From: Octopus vulgaris
Taxonomy: Eukaryota
Direction: 5' to 3'
Length of the DNA stretch: 64,000 nt
Assembly (NCBI GenBank): GCA_951406725.2
Contig: OX597822.1
Span: forward strand, 26,598,001-26,662,000
Below the pieces are notes generated by a model. It was not told where the DNA came from and did no database searches. It worked only from the letters and a program-made list of their open reading frames with translations. Each line of letters opens with the position of its first letter. Positions within the stretch are counted from its first letter, which is position 1. Shown piece by piece: positions 35,966 to 49,049 of this stretch. A program made the position numbers and the translations under genes.

Positions 35966-36015
35966 GTGTGTGTGAGGATGCGTGTGTGTGTGTGTGTGTG
36001 CGTGAGTGTGACAGG

Positions 36016-36674
36016 AAAGTTTTTTACGACGAATATAAGACCTATATCCAAGTAGCAGAAAGATCGCCCAAAAGTGTATATAGATATTTAAATGTATTTA
36101 TATATTCATCTATACACAGATGTATGTATAATGTGTGTGTATATATTTCCATAGCGGTAACCTTTCACTCCATACAAAGTATTTTAGGACGAATATAAGA
36201 TCTAAAGTTATCTCTAAGAAAAAGAAAGATCGCCCAAAACTGTATAGATATTTAAATGTATTTATATATTCATCTATGCACACATGTATGTATAACGTCT
36301 AGAGGTAACCATTCACTCCATACAAAGTTTTTAGGACGAAAATAAGATCTAAAGTTATCTCTAAGAAAAAGAAAGATCGCCCAAAAGTGTATATAGATAT
36401 TTAAATGTATTTATATATTCATCTATACACAGATGTATGTATAATGTGTGTGTATATATTTCCATAGAGGTAACCATTCACTCCATACAAAGTTTTTTAG
36501 GACGAATATAAGATCTAAAGTTATCTCTAAGAAAAAGAAAGATCGCCCAAAAGTGTATATAGATATTTAAATGTATTTATATATTCATCTATACACACAT
36601 GTATGTATAATGTGCGTGTATATATTTCCATAGAGGTAACCATTCAATCCATACAAAGTTTTTTAGGACGAAAA
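36016..36674. repeat. Tandem array of about 150-165 bp units, four copies plus the start of a fifth
   Basis: AAAGT..TTAGGACGAA...AGATCGCCCAAAA recurs at about 36016, 36176, 36324, 36489 and 36655. Confidence 0.9.
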
Positions 36675-37521
36675 TATTTATATATAAAAGAAAGGTTGTG
36701 TGTCTGTCTACTCCGATTTAGATTCCTAACTACTCCCACATTTTGCAATGCAGTTTAACCAAAACCGGGTATCTTATAGTCGTGATTCATATCGAGCCCT
36801 TGTGGGTATTAGTGCGCGTCTACGATGAGTCTATGATTTTACAAATAATTTACCATCATTTTTTTCCATTTTAATGCATATTTTTTTAAATAAAGGGAAG
36901 TAACTCTCAAACTTCACACCACTATGCGTGCTCATATGCGACGTAATATCACATCAGTAGCATTTCCTCACACCCTCCTTGCACTTGGCGAAGGCAAAAT
37001 ACCAGGGGATGAAAATGGTAATATTGCCATCGATTCCATTTGTACCATTGTTAAGACGCCTTCTGATCTCAGAGATGCAGTGTTCCCAGATCTACAAGCT
37101 AATTATCAGAATATGGATTGGATTGGCAAAAAGGCTATACTGGCCCCGAGGAATAAAACTGTTCACCATATTAATGATGAAATGCTAAAACTCATTCCTG
37201 GGGAAGTCTATGTATATCAGTCTATCGATACAACTCCTGACCCAGAGGACGTCATCAACTATCCAATAGAGGTACTCAATTCCTTTGAGCACCCCGGACT
37301 ACCATCACACTTTCTCAAACTTAAAGTTGGTGCCCCTATAATGCTCATCAGAAATTTGGTTCCCCCAAAACAATGCAATGGCACACGTTTTATCGATAAG
37401 TCCTTATCTCCCACCGTAAACTTATATCAATATTTGCCTGAATAATCATCATAATTCAGTGCAATCATTAACAGTAGTTTCAAGCAATTCAGCCCCGAGC
37501 AACGCCGGGCAATTCTGCTAG
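36675..37521 (+). mobile_element. Internally deleted Helitron carrying a RepHel helicase fragment
   Basis: 5' end matches the 37985 element; 3' hairpin CCCGAGCAACGCCGGG followed by CTAG|T. Confidence 0.9.
36960..37420 (+). pseudogene. Helitron PIF1-like helicase fragment
   Basis: LLALGEG...AILAPRN..V..IN...YPIEVLNS...GLPSH.LKLKVGAPIMLIRNL...CNGTR. Confidence 0.92.
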
Positions 37522-37783
37522 TATATATAAATGTGTGTGTGTGTGTGTATGTGTATATATATATATATATCTATATGTGTGTGTGTATATGTATATATAT
37601 ATATATATATATCTATATGTGTGTGTATGTATATATATATATATATATACCAAAAATTAATTTACGAAGGTGTCATTAATTCTATTATTATCCAATGTAA
37701 CTATTTTAAAAATGATAATAACAGAATCAATGACACAAGCGATAACAGGCCAAAAAATAGCATTAAATAGCCGAGGGATTACA

Positions 37784-37985
37784 ATTAATCAAAGGACACA
37801 CTAAGTATGTCTACCTGCTTGAAATAACAGTCAAAATTCTTATTAAATCGCCAAAAATACACTGATGAAAACTACAGAAATCAAACGATTTCTGTAGTTT
37901 TCATCGGTGTATTTTTGGCGATTTAATGAGAGTTTTGAGTGTTATTTCAAGCTGGTAGACATACTTAGTGTGTCCTTTGATTAAT
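37784..37985. repeat. Near-perfect fold-back, 99-bp arms with a 4-nt loop
   Basis: ATTAATCAAAGGACACAC...CTACAGAAATC aaac GATTTCTGTAG...GTGTGTCCTTTGATTAAT. Confidence 0.95.
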
Positions 37986-38380
37986 CTTTATATATAAAAG
38001 TGAAGTTGTGTGTCTGTCTCCGACGATTTAGATTCCTAACTACTCCCACATTTTGCGGTGCAGTTTAACCAAAACCGGGTATCTTATAGTCGTGATTCAT
38101 ATCGAGCCCTTCTGGGTATTAGCGCACGCCTACGATGAGTCTACGATTTAAAAAAAAATTTACCATCATTTTTTTCCATTTTAATGCATTTTTTCGCTAT
38201 TATATAAGGGAAGTAACTCTCTAAAAATGTCTATGATGAGTCAACGATTTAAAAAAAATTTACCATAATTTTTTTCCATTTTTAATGCATTTTTTTGCTA
38301 TTTTTTGGCTATAACTCTCTAAAAATGCTTATATAGTTATTTCCCTTACAAACCCGAGCAACGCCGGGCGATACTGCTAG
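37985..38380 (+). mobile_element. Non-autonomous Helitron
   Basis: A|TC 5' end, subterminal hairpin, CTAG|T 3' end, no TSD. Confidence 0.9.
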
Positions 38381-38688
38381 TTTTATATATATATATATGT
38401 ATATATATCGGTTTCAGTCATTGGACTGTTGCTATACTGGGTACCCCATTGAAAACTTTGGTCACTCTATTCATCTCCTGGTTAATTTTCAAGTTTGATG
38501 CAATATATTGTTTCTTTTGTTGAACTGCTAAGGTATAGGGATGTAAACAAACCAACACCAGTTATCAAGTGCTGAAAGACAAACTGAGTACACACACATA
38601 CATGCTCATATATGCATGTATATGCTTCTATATATATATACGTGTGTGTGTGTGTATACATACACACACACACACACATCTATATATA

Positions 38689-39020
38689 TACAAGGTGTGA
38701 TCAATAAGTATCTGGTTGTTGCCATAGTAATGAAGCTAAAGCACAGAGTGAAGCTGCTTGGTAAAAATTGACCTTGAACTCTGCTGTGCATGCACACTAA
38801 AATTTAATGTTCTAGCTCACCTGTACTGCTTATAGCAGTGCTTGGTAGGAAGGTGTGTAGCATGTGATCATCGCATTGGCCACGACAGAAAAAGTTGTCA
38901 TAGCAGTACCTGCTCAGAGGCCTGCACAAAGTTGCAGAAAGGGTATGGAGAGGAGTGTATGAGTCACACACAAGTGTACAAGTGTCTTAGATGTTTCCAA
39001 GATAGCTAAAAAAATGTCGA
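38689..39020 (+). mobile_element. mariner 5' TIR and transposase N-terminal fragment
   Basis: TA-CAAGGTGTGATCAATAAGTA TIR-like start; TCSEACTKLQKGYGEECMSHTQVYKCLRCFQD resembles the mariner HTH (YGE..LS..QV..WF.RF). Confidence 0.75.
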
Positions 39021-39282
39021 TATTGACGAATACACATGCACACGCGTGCACACACACACACGCGTGCACACACACACACGCATATACACATGAAATCCCA
39101 CCATGAATTTATGGACACACTGCCTATATATTTAAGTTTCCTCAACTGATCAATACCCCAACTGAATAAACCTATCAGTAATGTACCTATAAGGATTCCA
39201 TGAAACAGCTGTAAGCAAAATTTACTCCAATAAAGGCAAAATATGTAATGACTATTATTTTTAACTTGTTTCATATATATGT

Positions 39283-39672
39283 GCCTGAGGAGACCTATTG
39301 AGTCAAGTACATCAACATAAAATAAAAATCAAATGGAAATTGTAGTTGGATACCTGTGCAGGTGGTACGTAAAAATCATCATCTGAATGTGGCCGATGCC
39401 AGCGCCGCCTTGACTGGCTTCTGTGCCGGTAGCACGTAAAATGCACCAACTGATCATGGCCATCGCCAGCCTCCCCTGGCACCTGTGCCGGTGGCACGTA
39501 AAAGCACCCACTACACTCATGGAGTGGTTGGTGTTAGGAAGTGCATCCAGCTGTAGAAACACTGCCAGATCAGACTGGAGACTGGTGCAGCCTCCTGGCT
39601 TCCCAGACCCCGGTCGAACCGTCCAACCCATGCTAGCATGGACAATGGACGCTAAATGATGATGATGATGAT
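39283..39672 (+). mobile_element. SINE-like family C
   Basis: Same core and tail as the other copies. Confidence 0.8.
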
Positions 39673-40735
39673 ATATATATATACACGTATGTGTATATGT
39701 ATGTAAGTATGTGGATGTAATTATTGTGAATATTTATGAATAAAAACTTCCATTATTCATAAACTGTTATTGCTTAACCTCACTGTAGATTTTAGTTTTT
39801 AGGGCTGCTTTTGTGGTTGATAGATTTATTCATGAGCAGAACATCATAGTAGAGAAGGTTGTTGGTTGTTATCATTATTATTATTATTATTGTTGTTGTT
39901 TTTATAGGTAGTGGAAATAGCTGAAACTTCAAGTTTCATCAAAATGTTTTCTCTTACTATCTGAAAGAGAAACTTGTTTATTTACTGTTTAAGACAGATG
40001 TGACCTGGTCTGTCAGAAATTGTGGAGTACCAACCAGATTAAATGACTTGTATTATGTTGTGGTATTCTCCTCTTTTGTTATTTTTCTATGTTTCATTCC
40101 TGTTGGTATTCTTCATATATGTTCATGTTGGTTTTTAGCCATTGTAGGATGGATGTGTGTGGTTAAGAAGGCTTACTTTACAATCACTTGTTTCAAGTTC
40201 AGTCCCATTTGCAGCATCTTGGGCAAAGTGTCTTCCATTATAGCACTGTGCCAATCAATACCTTGTGAGTAAATTTGGTAGATGGAAACTGTGTGGAAAT
40301 CTGTCATGTGTAAAAATATATATGTGCATGTATATGTGTGTGTGTGTAAATATATGTATATTGGCCGAGCATGTTTTTAAGCGAAGACAACTAGAAAGGA
40401 CCAACATTGCTTGTTTGACAATGATGCATGTTTACATACATTACATAATGTCAAGACATATATATATTTAATGTAGGATAAAATTTTTTCGAAAAAAATT
40501 TTATCAATGGCCAGCATATTAAAAAATACCTTTAAAGGTTAAATTTATAAACAACTTACAAATAAGAGCAAACGAAAAAATTTCTAATGCCAAATATGCC
40601 GGAATTAGACACATTGTCCATAACCATATATTTTTCACAATACGCACGCTATGCGAAAAAAGGTCAACAGAAATTTCTAAAAAATTCCATTATTACCATA
40701 TCAGATCGATTTCAGGGTTAGTTCATAAGAACCCT

Positions 40736-40786
<51 letters not shown>

Positions 40787-40804
40787 CCATTGATAAAAAG
40801 AAAC

Positions 40805-40975
40805 AGGTATTTCGTCTGCCGCTACGTTCTGAGTTCAAATTCCGCCGAGGTCGACTTTGCCTTGCATCCTTTCGGGGTAGATTAAATAAGTACCAGTTAT
40901 GCACTGGGGTCGATATAATCAACTTAATCTGTTTGTCCTCTCTGTGTTTAGCCCCTTGTGGGTAGTAAAGAAATA
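40805..40975 (+). mobile_element. SINE family B, 5'-truncated
   Basis: Matches the 3' part of 26953-27184. Confidence 0.85.
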
Positions 40976-41112
40976 GGAATTGAACCTTGAAACTACATAG
41001 CTGCAGTGTGAAGTTCTTAACCATATGACCTTAATTAACGAGGGGAATACGGGACACATGACTTCTATCTTGATATTTGTGACAGTATCAACCAACTAAA
41101 TATATTAAATAA

Positions 41113-41498
41113 CTAGCAGTATCGCCCGGCGTTGCTCAGGTTTGTAAGGGAAATAACTATAAAGCATCTTTAGAGAGTTATAGCCAAAAAATAGCAAAAA
41201 AATGGAAAAAAAAATGATGGTAAATTTTTTTTGAGAGTAAAAAAGGTTGAGTTGCGTCCCCTAGACAGTCTGTGGTTTGTTTTTTTTTATTCTCGACCCC
41301 ATGTCGAATTTATCGATTTTTTTCAGAACTGGGGGAACTTTTCAAAATTTTCGCTGCGTTAGTTTTGAATTATGACATTGGGCTATGCGTGTGTCAAGTT
41401 TCATCAGAATCGGTTGAAAGCCGTGGTCAGGGTGAGGGTACGAGAAAACAGACACACAGAAACACGCACAGACAAACTGCCGTTTATATATAGAGAGA
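41113..41498 (-). mobile_element. Non-autonomous Helitron
   Basis: Minus-strand A|TC start at 41498; hairpin and CTAG end at 41113; the 3' 120 nt or so match the 37985 element. Confidence 0.88.
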
Positions 41499-42265
41499 TA
41501 TGTCAGATTCTTGTAGTTCAAAACTCCAGTTACAAACATGTTATGAGACATTTTGAAATATTCCTTCAGATGAATTTTTCTCAGACATTTCCCCCAAAAT
41601 TTCATATGTCTATATATGTAACTGACCTTTCCTGTGGAAAGGGGGAAAATATGAACTTAGATCATCTCAACTTACAATTTTCATAAATGACTTCCTTTGT
41701 ATTCATTGGCAGAGAGGAAATGCTAAACATAGCATACATTCACATAGGCTAACCAAAGACATACGCACTCACACATACACACACAGACACATACATGAAT
41801 GCATTGAGATATATTTCTGTTGACTATCACTAAATCAATAGTTAACATATCAAAAACCAGCAAATATTATCTAGGATTTCCTTTATATCTTTACTTTATC
41901 AAACAAGCAGTACATATTGACATTTTGGTTCATGATCATTTATTAATGGGAAATGAATGCATATATTGGAGTGTAATTATGATCTCTCTCATTAAATATT
42001 TTTTTTCTTCTGATCTGATTCAAGCCATTGACTGTTGACATGAAGTTCAGTTTGTTGAAAGACTTTCAAAATTGAACTCAGGCAGTTAAAATCAGAATAT
42101 ATAGATGTTATGCAACTATCAATATATATTTCACTGCTAAATATTGCTAACAGCATAGCAGATGTTATTTTTTAAAAAACTATAAATACATTTTCATATT
42201 TGTAATTATCTATATGTTGTAATTATATATATGTTTCATATTTGTAATTATATATATATATTATA

Positions 42266-42446
42266 TAAAAAAGCACCCACTACACTCACGGAGTGGTTGG
42301 CGTTAGGAAGGGCATCCAGCCGTAGAAACACTGCCAAATCTGACTGGGCCTGATGAAGCCTTCCGGCTTCACAAACCCCAGTTAAACCGTCCAACCCATG
42401 CTAGCATGGAAAACGGACGCTAAATGATGATGATGATGATGATGAT
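42266..42446 (+). mobile_element. Family C, 5'-truncated
   Basis: Core plus (GAT)n tail. Confidence 0.85.
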
Positions 42447-42449
42447 AAA

Positions 42450-42846
42450 GTTCGAGCAAAATGCCTCCCCCCCCCCGTCCAATGGACGGTGCTGAGTTGT
42501 CAAACATTTAGACCAAATTTTCACTAAACAACTTGTCCGACCGTCCTATTTTGTGGCATTATTTCAAGCCAGCTGGCTTTTTTTGTGCAAACTGCATGTG
42601 CATTTTTCTTGCGTACGTGTAGTATCGATTGCAACAGCTGACATACTTGCACATACAAATGCACGTTCCCACGGCTTTATCGATCGCATTCTCACCTGGA
42701 ATCGATTTTTGTAATTTTTTCGAGACTTATATACGCCCTGATACCGTCAGTATCTACATATCAATTTTGAGCGCAATCGGATGGAGGATGCCTGAGATCC
42801 TAGAAGACACACACAGAGACAGACAGAACAGATTTTATATAATAGA
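42450..42846 (-). mobile_element. Probable Helitron 5' portion
   Basis: Minus-strand A|TCTATTATATAAAATCTGTTCTGTCTGTC start has the same style as the other Helitron 5' ends; no CTAG end seen. Confidence 0.55.
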
Positions 42847-43885
42847 TTATACAATGAAGTATTATATATATCTTGTGCTGGTGCCACATAAAAAGCACTC
42901 AGCACACTCTGTAGAATGTTTGGTGCTGTAGAACCCATACCACAACAGACAATGGAGCCTTGTGTTGCCCTTGGCATTACCAGCTCTTGTCAAACCGTCC
43001 AACCGATGCCAACATAGAAAACAGATATTAAATGATGATCATTATGTGTGTGTGTGCATGTGTGTGTATGTATGTATGTATGTATGTGTGTGTGTGTATG
43101 TGTGTGTATTCATAAATGCTCGTCCTTTTCTTTCTTAGCTTGCATATAGTCTAAGGGTGCAGCCATGATGTGAATATTTCTTTCATGGCCTCTTCAACAT
43201 AACTAAAAGAGAGAGGGAGAGGGAGAGAAAGAGAGAGAGAGAGAGAGAAGGAGTGAGAGAGAGAGAGAGAGACACAGCCCTCTTAATTGATTGTAACTTT
43301 ATTTATCAATGCTGAAGGAATGAAGGCTGTATGCCTGAATAGTATATCAGATGTTGACACTCTTCGCATTAGATAAAGTTGAAAGCTCTTTTAAATCTGG
43401 AGATTTGTTGGGAATAGGTAGTGAAAACCACCTGTCCATTATCACAATGCACCTGAAATTAATAATTTATTTTTGAGTTACATGAAATCCTTTCCTTTGA
43501 CCTCATCTTTATACCATTGTTGGGAAAAAAAATTAGTATCTGTATTCCTGACATAATTCACTTATATTGTTGTTTCTTTAAAATCGTTTGTCCTATACTT
43601 TGGATCAGCCTGTATTGCTTGATTTAGTCTATGTAAAACAACCAGTGTAATCCTTGTCTTCCTTTGTAATTGTCTGTTGCTTGTTTGAACCACCTCTTCT
43701 TTGTCTTGTTTATCTCTGCATAGCGGTTTCCTGTATTTTTGCTGTGGTCTTTCTTCTTGGATTAATTTTCTCATTGTAATACTTGCTCCAGAGTTATTGA
43801 GTTACGGCCGAGACGTTTCTTGTATCTTCACCGGTGGTAATTTGTCTTATTGGTTGCACTGTAACACATTGTGCTTTGTTTTTTG

Positions 43886-44308
43886 GAACTTGTTTCAGTC
43901 ATTAGACTGCGGCCATGCTGGGGCATTGCCTTGTACTGAGGAATTTTAGTTGAACTTATTGATTCCAGTACTTATTGTTTTTTGTAAAGCCTTGTACTTA
44001 TTCTGTTGGTCTCTTTTGCTGAACCACTAAGTTACAAGGATGGAAGCACACCAATACCAGTTGTCAAGCAGTGATAGGGGACAAACATAGACACAAAGAC
44101 ACTTGAACATGTAGACACACACACTCACACACTCTCATGCAAATATATATTTACAACAAGCTTCTTTCAGTTTCTGTTTACTAAATCTACCCACAAGGCC
44201 TGAGACTATTGTAGAAGACACTTGCCTAAGATGCCATGCAATGGGACTGGACCTGGAACCATGTGGTTGAGAGGCAAACTTCTTATTGCATAGCTATGTC
44301 TGCACCTA
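43886..44308 (-). mobile_element. SINE family A, diverged
   Basis: Reverse complement similarity to 4812-5226. Confidence 0.8.
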
Positions 44309-45728
44309 TATAATTACAAAGAAAGTACAAAAAAGACATGTAAATGACATAAAAAAAACTATGTCTCACTGTTATGAACTGGAGCTTATCAAATTGAAGA
44401 GTGATATTGAAACCTATAACAACTGGAATCTGCTGTAACTTTTTACTTATTCATAACAATTGTGAAAAAAATTTGAAGTATGTATAATAAATTTATTGTG
44501 AAGTTTCTATGGCTTTAATAAATTAGTATAGCTATCTATCTCTCTATATATAATAATAAATCTGTTGTGCAATTTTTAGGGCCTTAATAAAATAGTATGC
44601 ATATAAAATGGGAAAAACTTGTAAAGCAAGTGTGCATATAAATGAGATTTATACATAAGATGAAATTGAAAGCTTTAACCTGGTTTTTTAAAACTGAAAT
44701 GCATTGAGGTGGAAAATTGCATAAAATTGAAATGCAATATATACCAAAAAGAAAACAAAAGTTTGAAAACTGAACTCTTTTCTTTTGTCATTTAGCAAAG
44801 AGGGAAGACAGTGTCTGTATTGCTTTACAGGCCTTTGAAGACTAGGAACAGGGAGGCTTCGTCAAACTTGCCTTGATGCTGGGTGGATTTCTGTGAAAGA
44901 ACCCAAGATGCCAGTTGGTGGTGTTAAAACAGATAACAAACTAAGTTCATTGTCCAAGTAGGGTATGACAGAAACTGAATTCAGAACACAAAAAACCAGA
45001 GCAAATATCACTAGGTATTTGGGTTGACATTTTTCAGTTCCACCAGGCAACTCAGAAAGTATGAAAGTCGGCCTCAGTTGGATTTGAACTCATATCACTG
45101 TTCTGAGAGTCAGAACAAAAGCTGTGAGCTCTTCTATCTAATTCTTGATTTGAATTTCTCTTTTCCTCATTTAAATGATTATTATTATTAAGGCAGCATG
45201 TTGGCAGAATTGTTAGCACAGCAGGCAAAGTGCTTAGTGGCATTTCATCTGTCTTTTCCTTCTGAGTTCACATTCCTCCAAGGTCAACTTTGCCTTTCAT
45301 CCTCTCAGAGTCAATAAAATAAGTACCAGTTGAGTACAGGGGTTAATGTAATCGTCTTGCCCCCTCCCCCAAACTTTCAGGCCTTGTACCTGCTTCATTG
45401 CGCTTTGTCAGTGGCAAATATCCACTGGCAACAGCATGATAAGACGGAAATCCATCCTTACTCATATAATAAAGCAGTGGTTTAAAAGTCACCATTGTTA
45501 CACTTAGCAGGCTGGATAAAAAATATATTATTTTCAACAGAAGCAGCATTACTTTAAAATAGCAATCTGAGACACTATCTTGAGACGAGTGTCAGTTTAT
45601 TAGGGTTCAATGATGTATATTTATATAAATGTATGCATGCATGCACACACGCACGCACACACACACGCATCATCATCATCATCATCATCAATTTTATCAT
45701 GTATCCAAAAAAGAAATACACTCCAAAG

Positions 45729-46039
45729 CAGGGGTCAGTGATCCAGGGTAAATTACCCCAAGTGGGATAAAAATGAAATTCTTGGGGTAATGAGGACTCA
45801 TTAGCAATAACTAAAATTATATTAAAAAAATGTGTTCCTTGTTTCGACAGAAAGTTTTCTTCTGGCAACTCTGCATCTGTTCCAATGTAATGGACGTGTA
45901 AATAGATTCATATAAATAGATTCAATTAACGTTTTGAATTCAAAAAATCTATGATTTTCTTCCTTTCAAATCAAAGGGTAATGTCGGTGTAAATAAATAT
46001 ATTTTGGGGTAATTGATTAAAAAAGTTCCCTGAATCCTG
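45729..46039. mobile_element. hAT (Charlie-like) MITE
   Basis: CAGGGGTCAG.../...CTGAATCCTG imperfect TIRs; flanks CTCCAAAG and ATCTAAAG form a degenerate 8-bp TSD. Confidence 0.65.
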
Positions 46040-46306
46040 ATCTAAAGCATAGAACTAATATATTTATATGTAGTGAAATCTATGTCTGATCATAGAGTGA
46101 CCAATGGTTTTGCATCCACAGAGGGCTTAGCCCCATGGATGTCTTGTCATACTATATAGCCGAAGGCTAATGTAACTCTTCATCTCTGGCAGGCAGGAAT
46201 ATACATAAAAGTATGTATAATTATATGTGTGTGTGAAACAATGGAAGTTTTGTTATACTCTTATTTCAAAAAGAACTGAACCAGTACATTTTGGGATATT
46301 GTAATG

Positions 46307-46354
<48 letters not shown>

Positions 46355-46497
46355 TGTTTGTGTAACAGTGGAAGTTCTGGTCCATTAAACCTTCATTTCA
46401 GAAATCACTGAACTGAAAAGATATGTTATGTATGTAAGAAGTGCTATAAAGTAAATATTGTAAACAATGGATTTGTAATTGAAAAACTCAGTTATTG

Positions 46498-46835
46498 AAT
46501 CATCATCATCGTTTAACGTCTGCTTTCCATGCTAGCATGGGTTGGACGATTTTGACTGAGGGCTGGTGAACCAGATGGTCGCACCAGGCTCCAATCTTGA
46601 TTTGGCAGAGTTTCTACAGCTGGTTGCCCTTCCTAACGCCAACCACTCAGTGAGTGTAGTGGGTGCTTTTTACGTGCCACCGGCACGGGGGCCAGTCAGG
46701 CGGTACTGGCAACAACCTCGCTCGAATCATTTTACACATGCCACCAGCACAGGTGCCAGTAAGGCGACATTGGTAACGATCACGCTCGAATGGTGCCCTT
46801 TTACGTGTCACTGGTACGGAAGCCAGTTGGCTGGA
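46498..46835 (-). mobile_element. Family C
   Basis: Reverse complement of the 3' part of 4222-4793. Confidence 0.85.
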
Positions 46836-47255
46836 ACAATTGAAATAAACTCGAAATAAAGATTAGGTCAACTCAGAGTTAGTGTGAGTTCACCAACCCT
46901 CACACAAATATGCATATACATATGCATGCATATACACACATGGAGGTACTCATACTCATACTCAAAAGGTTTGTAAAATTGCTCCAGTATGGCAGCAAAC
47001 AGTATGTATTGGTAGACTACTAATTCAGGCTGGAAATGAAATCAGCTTATCTTACATGTACATTGAAAATTGTTAAAAGAAAATATACAGGAAGTCTGCA
47101 CAGAAAGTGAAGTTTTTTGATTGCATGTAAGATATAAAGATATTGTTTTATATATATATTACACTTTATAAATAATATATTATTATGTTTATGTAAAAAG
47201 GGATGATCAAAACAGTAATGTGTATATCAATACATATAACATTCCTTTATGTATG

Positions 47256-47302
<47 letters not shown>

Positions 47303-47831
47303 ATACATGTTTAAAGTATGTATGTACATACATCTATTTGTATGTATGTAAAGCGTATATGAAAAGGAATTATGCATATATGTGTGTATTATGAATATAT
47401 ACTCACTCAATGATGTATTTGCACATGTTAGTATATATATGTGTGTGTATGTTTTTATACATGTGTATATGTTTGTATGTATGTATTTACATATTTGTAT
47501 GTATGTATGTATGTATGTATGTCTTTATCTATCTGTATGTGTGTGTGTGTGTGTGTATTGTTATGGTGTGGCTTGGGCATCCAGCTACAGAAAATCTGCC
47601 AGATCAAGATTGGAGCCTGGTGCAGCCATCTGGTTCGCCAGCCCTCAATCAAAATCGTCCAACCCATGCTAGCATGGAAAGCGGACATTAAACAATGATG
47701 ATGATAATGGCTGTATGTTCAATTTAAAATGAAATATGTTTTCTCACTTCATTAATAAAAATCTTCCTCATCTTAGCTGCCATTTCTATCAAACCACTGA
47801 GCTTCTATCTCCATCCTCTGTTCATCTAAAC

Positions 47832-48175
47832 CAGGCCTGACCAACTCAAATTACATTGCGGGCAACTTTAATCACAGAAAGCTTTTTGAGGGCCGCTTGT
47901 ATACTTTATGCACTAATAGTCAAATAATCAAATTACAGAATCAAGAAATTTTCATACTTTTCATTTGTTTAAAATTATAAAATTATAGGCTATTACTTCA
48001 TTGCCACTTATAAATTTTAAATTTACCTCGAAACAAATGTAAACACACAAATGTAAAAACATAAACAATTTTATTTTGAAATTGAACTCAATACTTCTAA
48101 AAAGTATCAAGTGGGCCGCAAGATAAAAGTCTGTGGGCCTCATGCGTCCAGCGGGCGTCAGGTTGGCCAGTCCTG
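47832..48175. mobile_element. hAT MITE with perfect 8-bp TSD
   Basis: TIRs CAGGCCTGACCAAC / GTTGGCCAGTCCTG; ATCTAAAC at 47824-47831 and 48176-48183. Confidence 0.9.
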
Positions 48176-48698
48176 ATCTAAACTTTAGGTGACTAATCTT
48201 AGTCACTATTGAAGGACATAACATTAAAGTTATCCTATTTTCTATCTGTCAGCTGCTATCTACTTGGAAACTAACCATCACTCACTTTTGGCTGGCTATC
48301 TCTTTCCCATTTATATTCAATAGAATTAACATAGACTATCCCATTCTTTTTGTTATCCATAAGAGAACTTTGCAAGATAGATCTGCCTCATCATAAGCAG
48401 TGTCATCTCAAGTTTGCAGTGTATGGTGCATGTGCACACAGTTGACGTGACAAATGCAGATGTTTTTACATAGGATAAAATCAAGCTCAATGATTTGTCG
48501 AAAGAAGAATTTGTGTTGATTGTTGAAGGTAGTTTTGCTTTATGTGATGATAGCATGCAACTGGCTTTATCAAAAGGTTATAGCACTAGCCTTGTTCACA
48601 GAGCTGTTAAAAGATTTTACTACCATATCAAATATGTATGAGTTTTTTTGTATTTATATCTATCTACAGAGAGAAAGAGAAAGAGAGAGAGAGAAAAA

Positions 48699-48762
<64 letters not shown>

Positions 48763-49049
48763 GTGGTTGTGTGTGTATGTAGATTCATGAAATATGTAGA
48801 GGTATGGCTCAATAAAGTACATCACTTTGTAGTTATGAAGTTCTATGCAGAACCTTGGGCAAACATTTTTTATCATTACTTATTTTAACTCATTTACTTT
48901 GAAGATGCCTTAGTGTTAATAGGAAAGGCTTCTATTAAATTTCTTTTATATAAAATTTTAGCAGTTGATTTTGCTGTTGGGGTCGCCCTTTTGATGAAAG
49001 GTCATCAAGAGGAAGTCTAAAAGAGAAGATCATTCCTTTTATATTTACT

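Noticed and set aside
36016-36674. Regularly spaced repeats reminiscent of a CRISPR array
   Set aside because: Whole units are repeated with no unique spacers, the context is eukaryotic and no cas genes are present
43562-43860. Possible LINE linker-region remnant on the minus strand
   Set aside because: Only a weak RYAEINK-like resemblance; cannot be assigned
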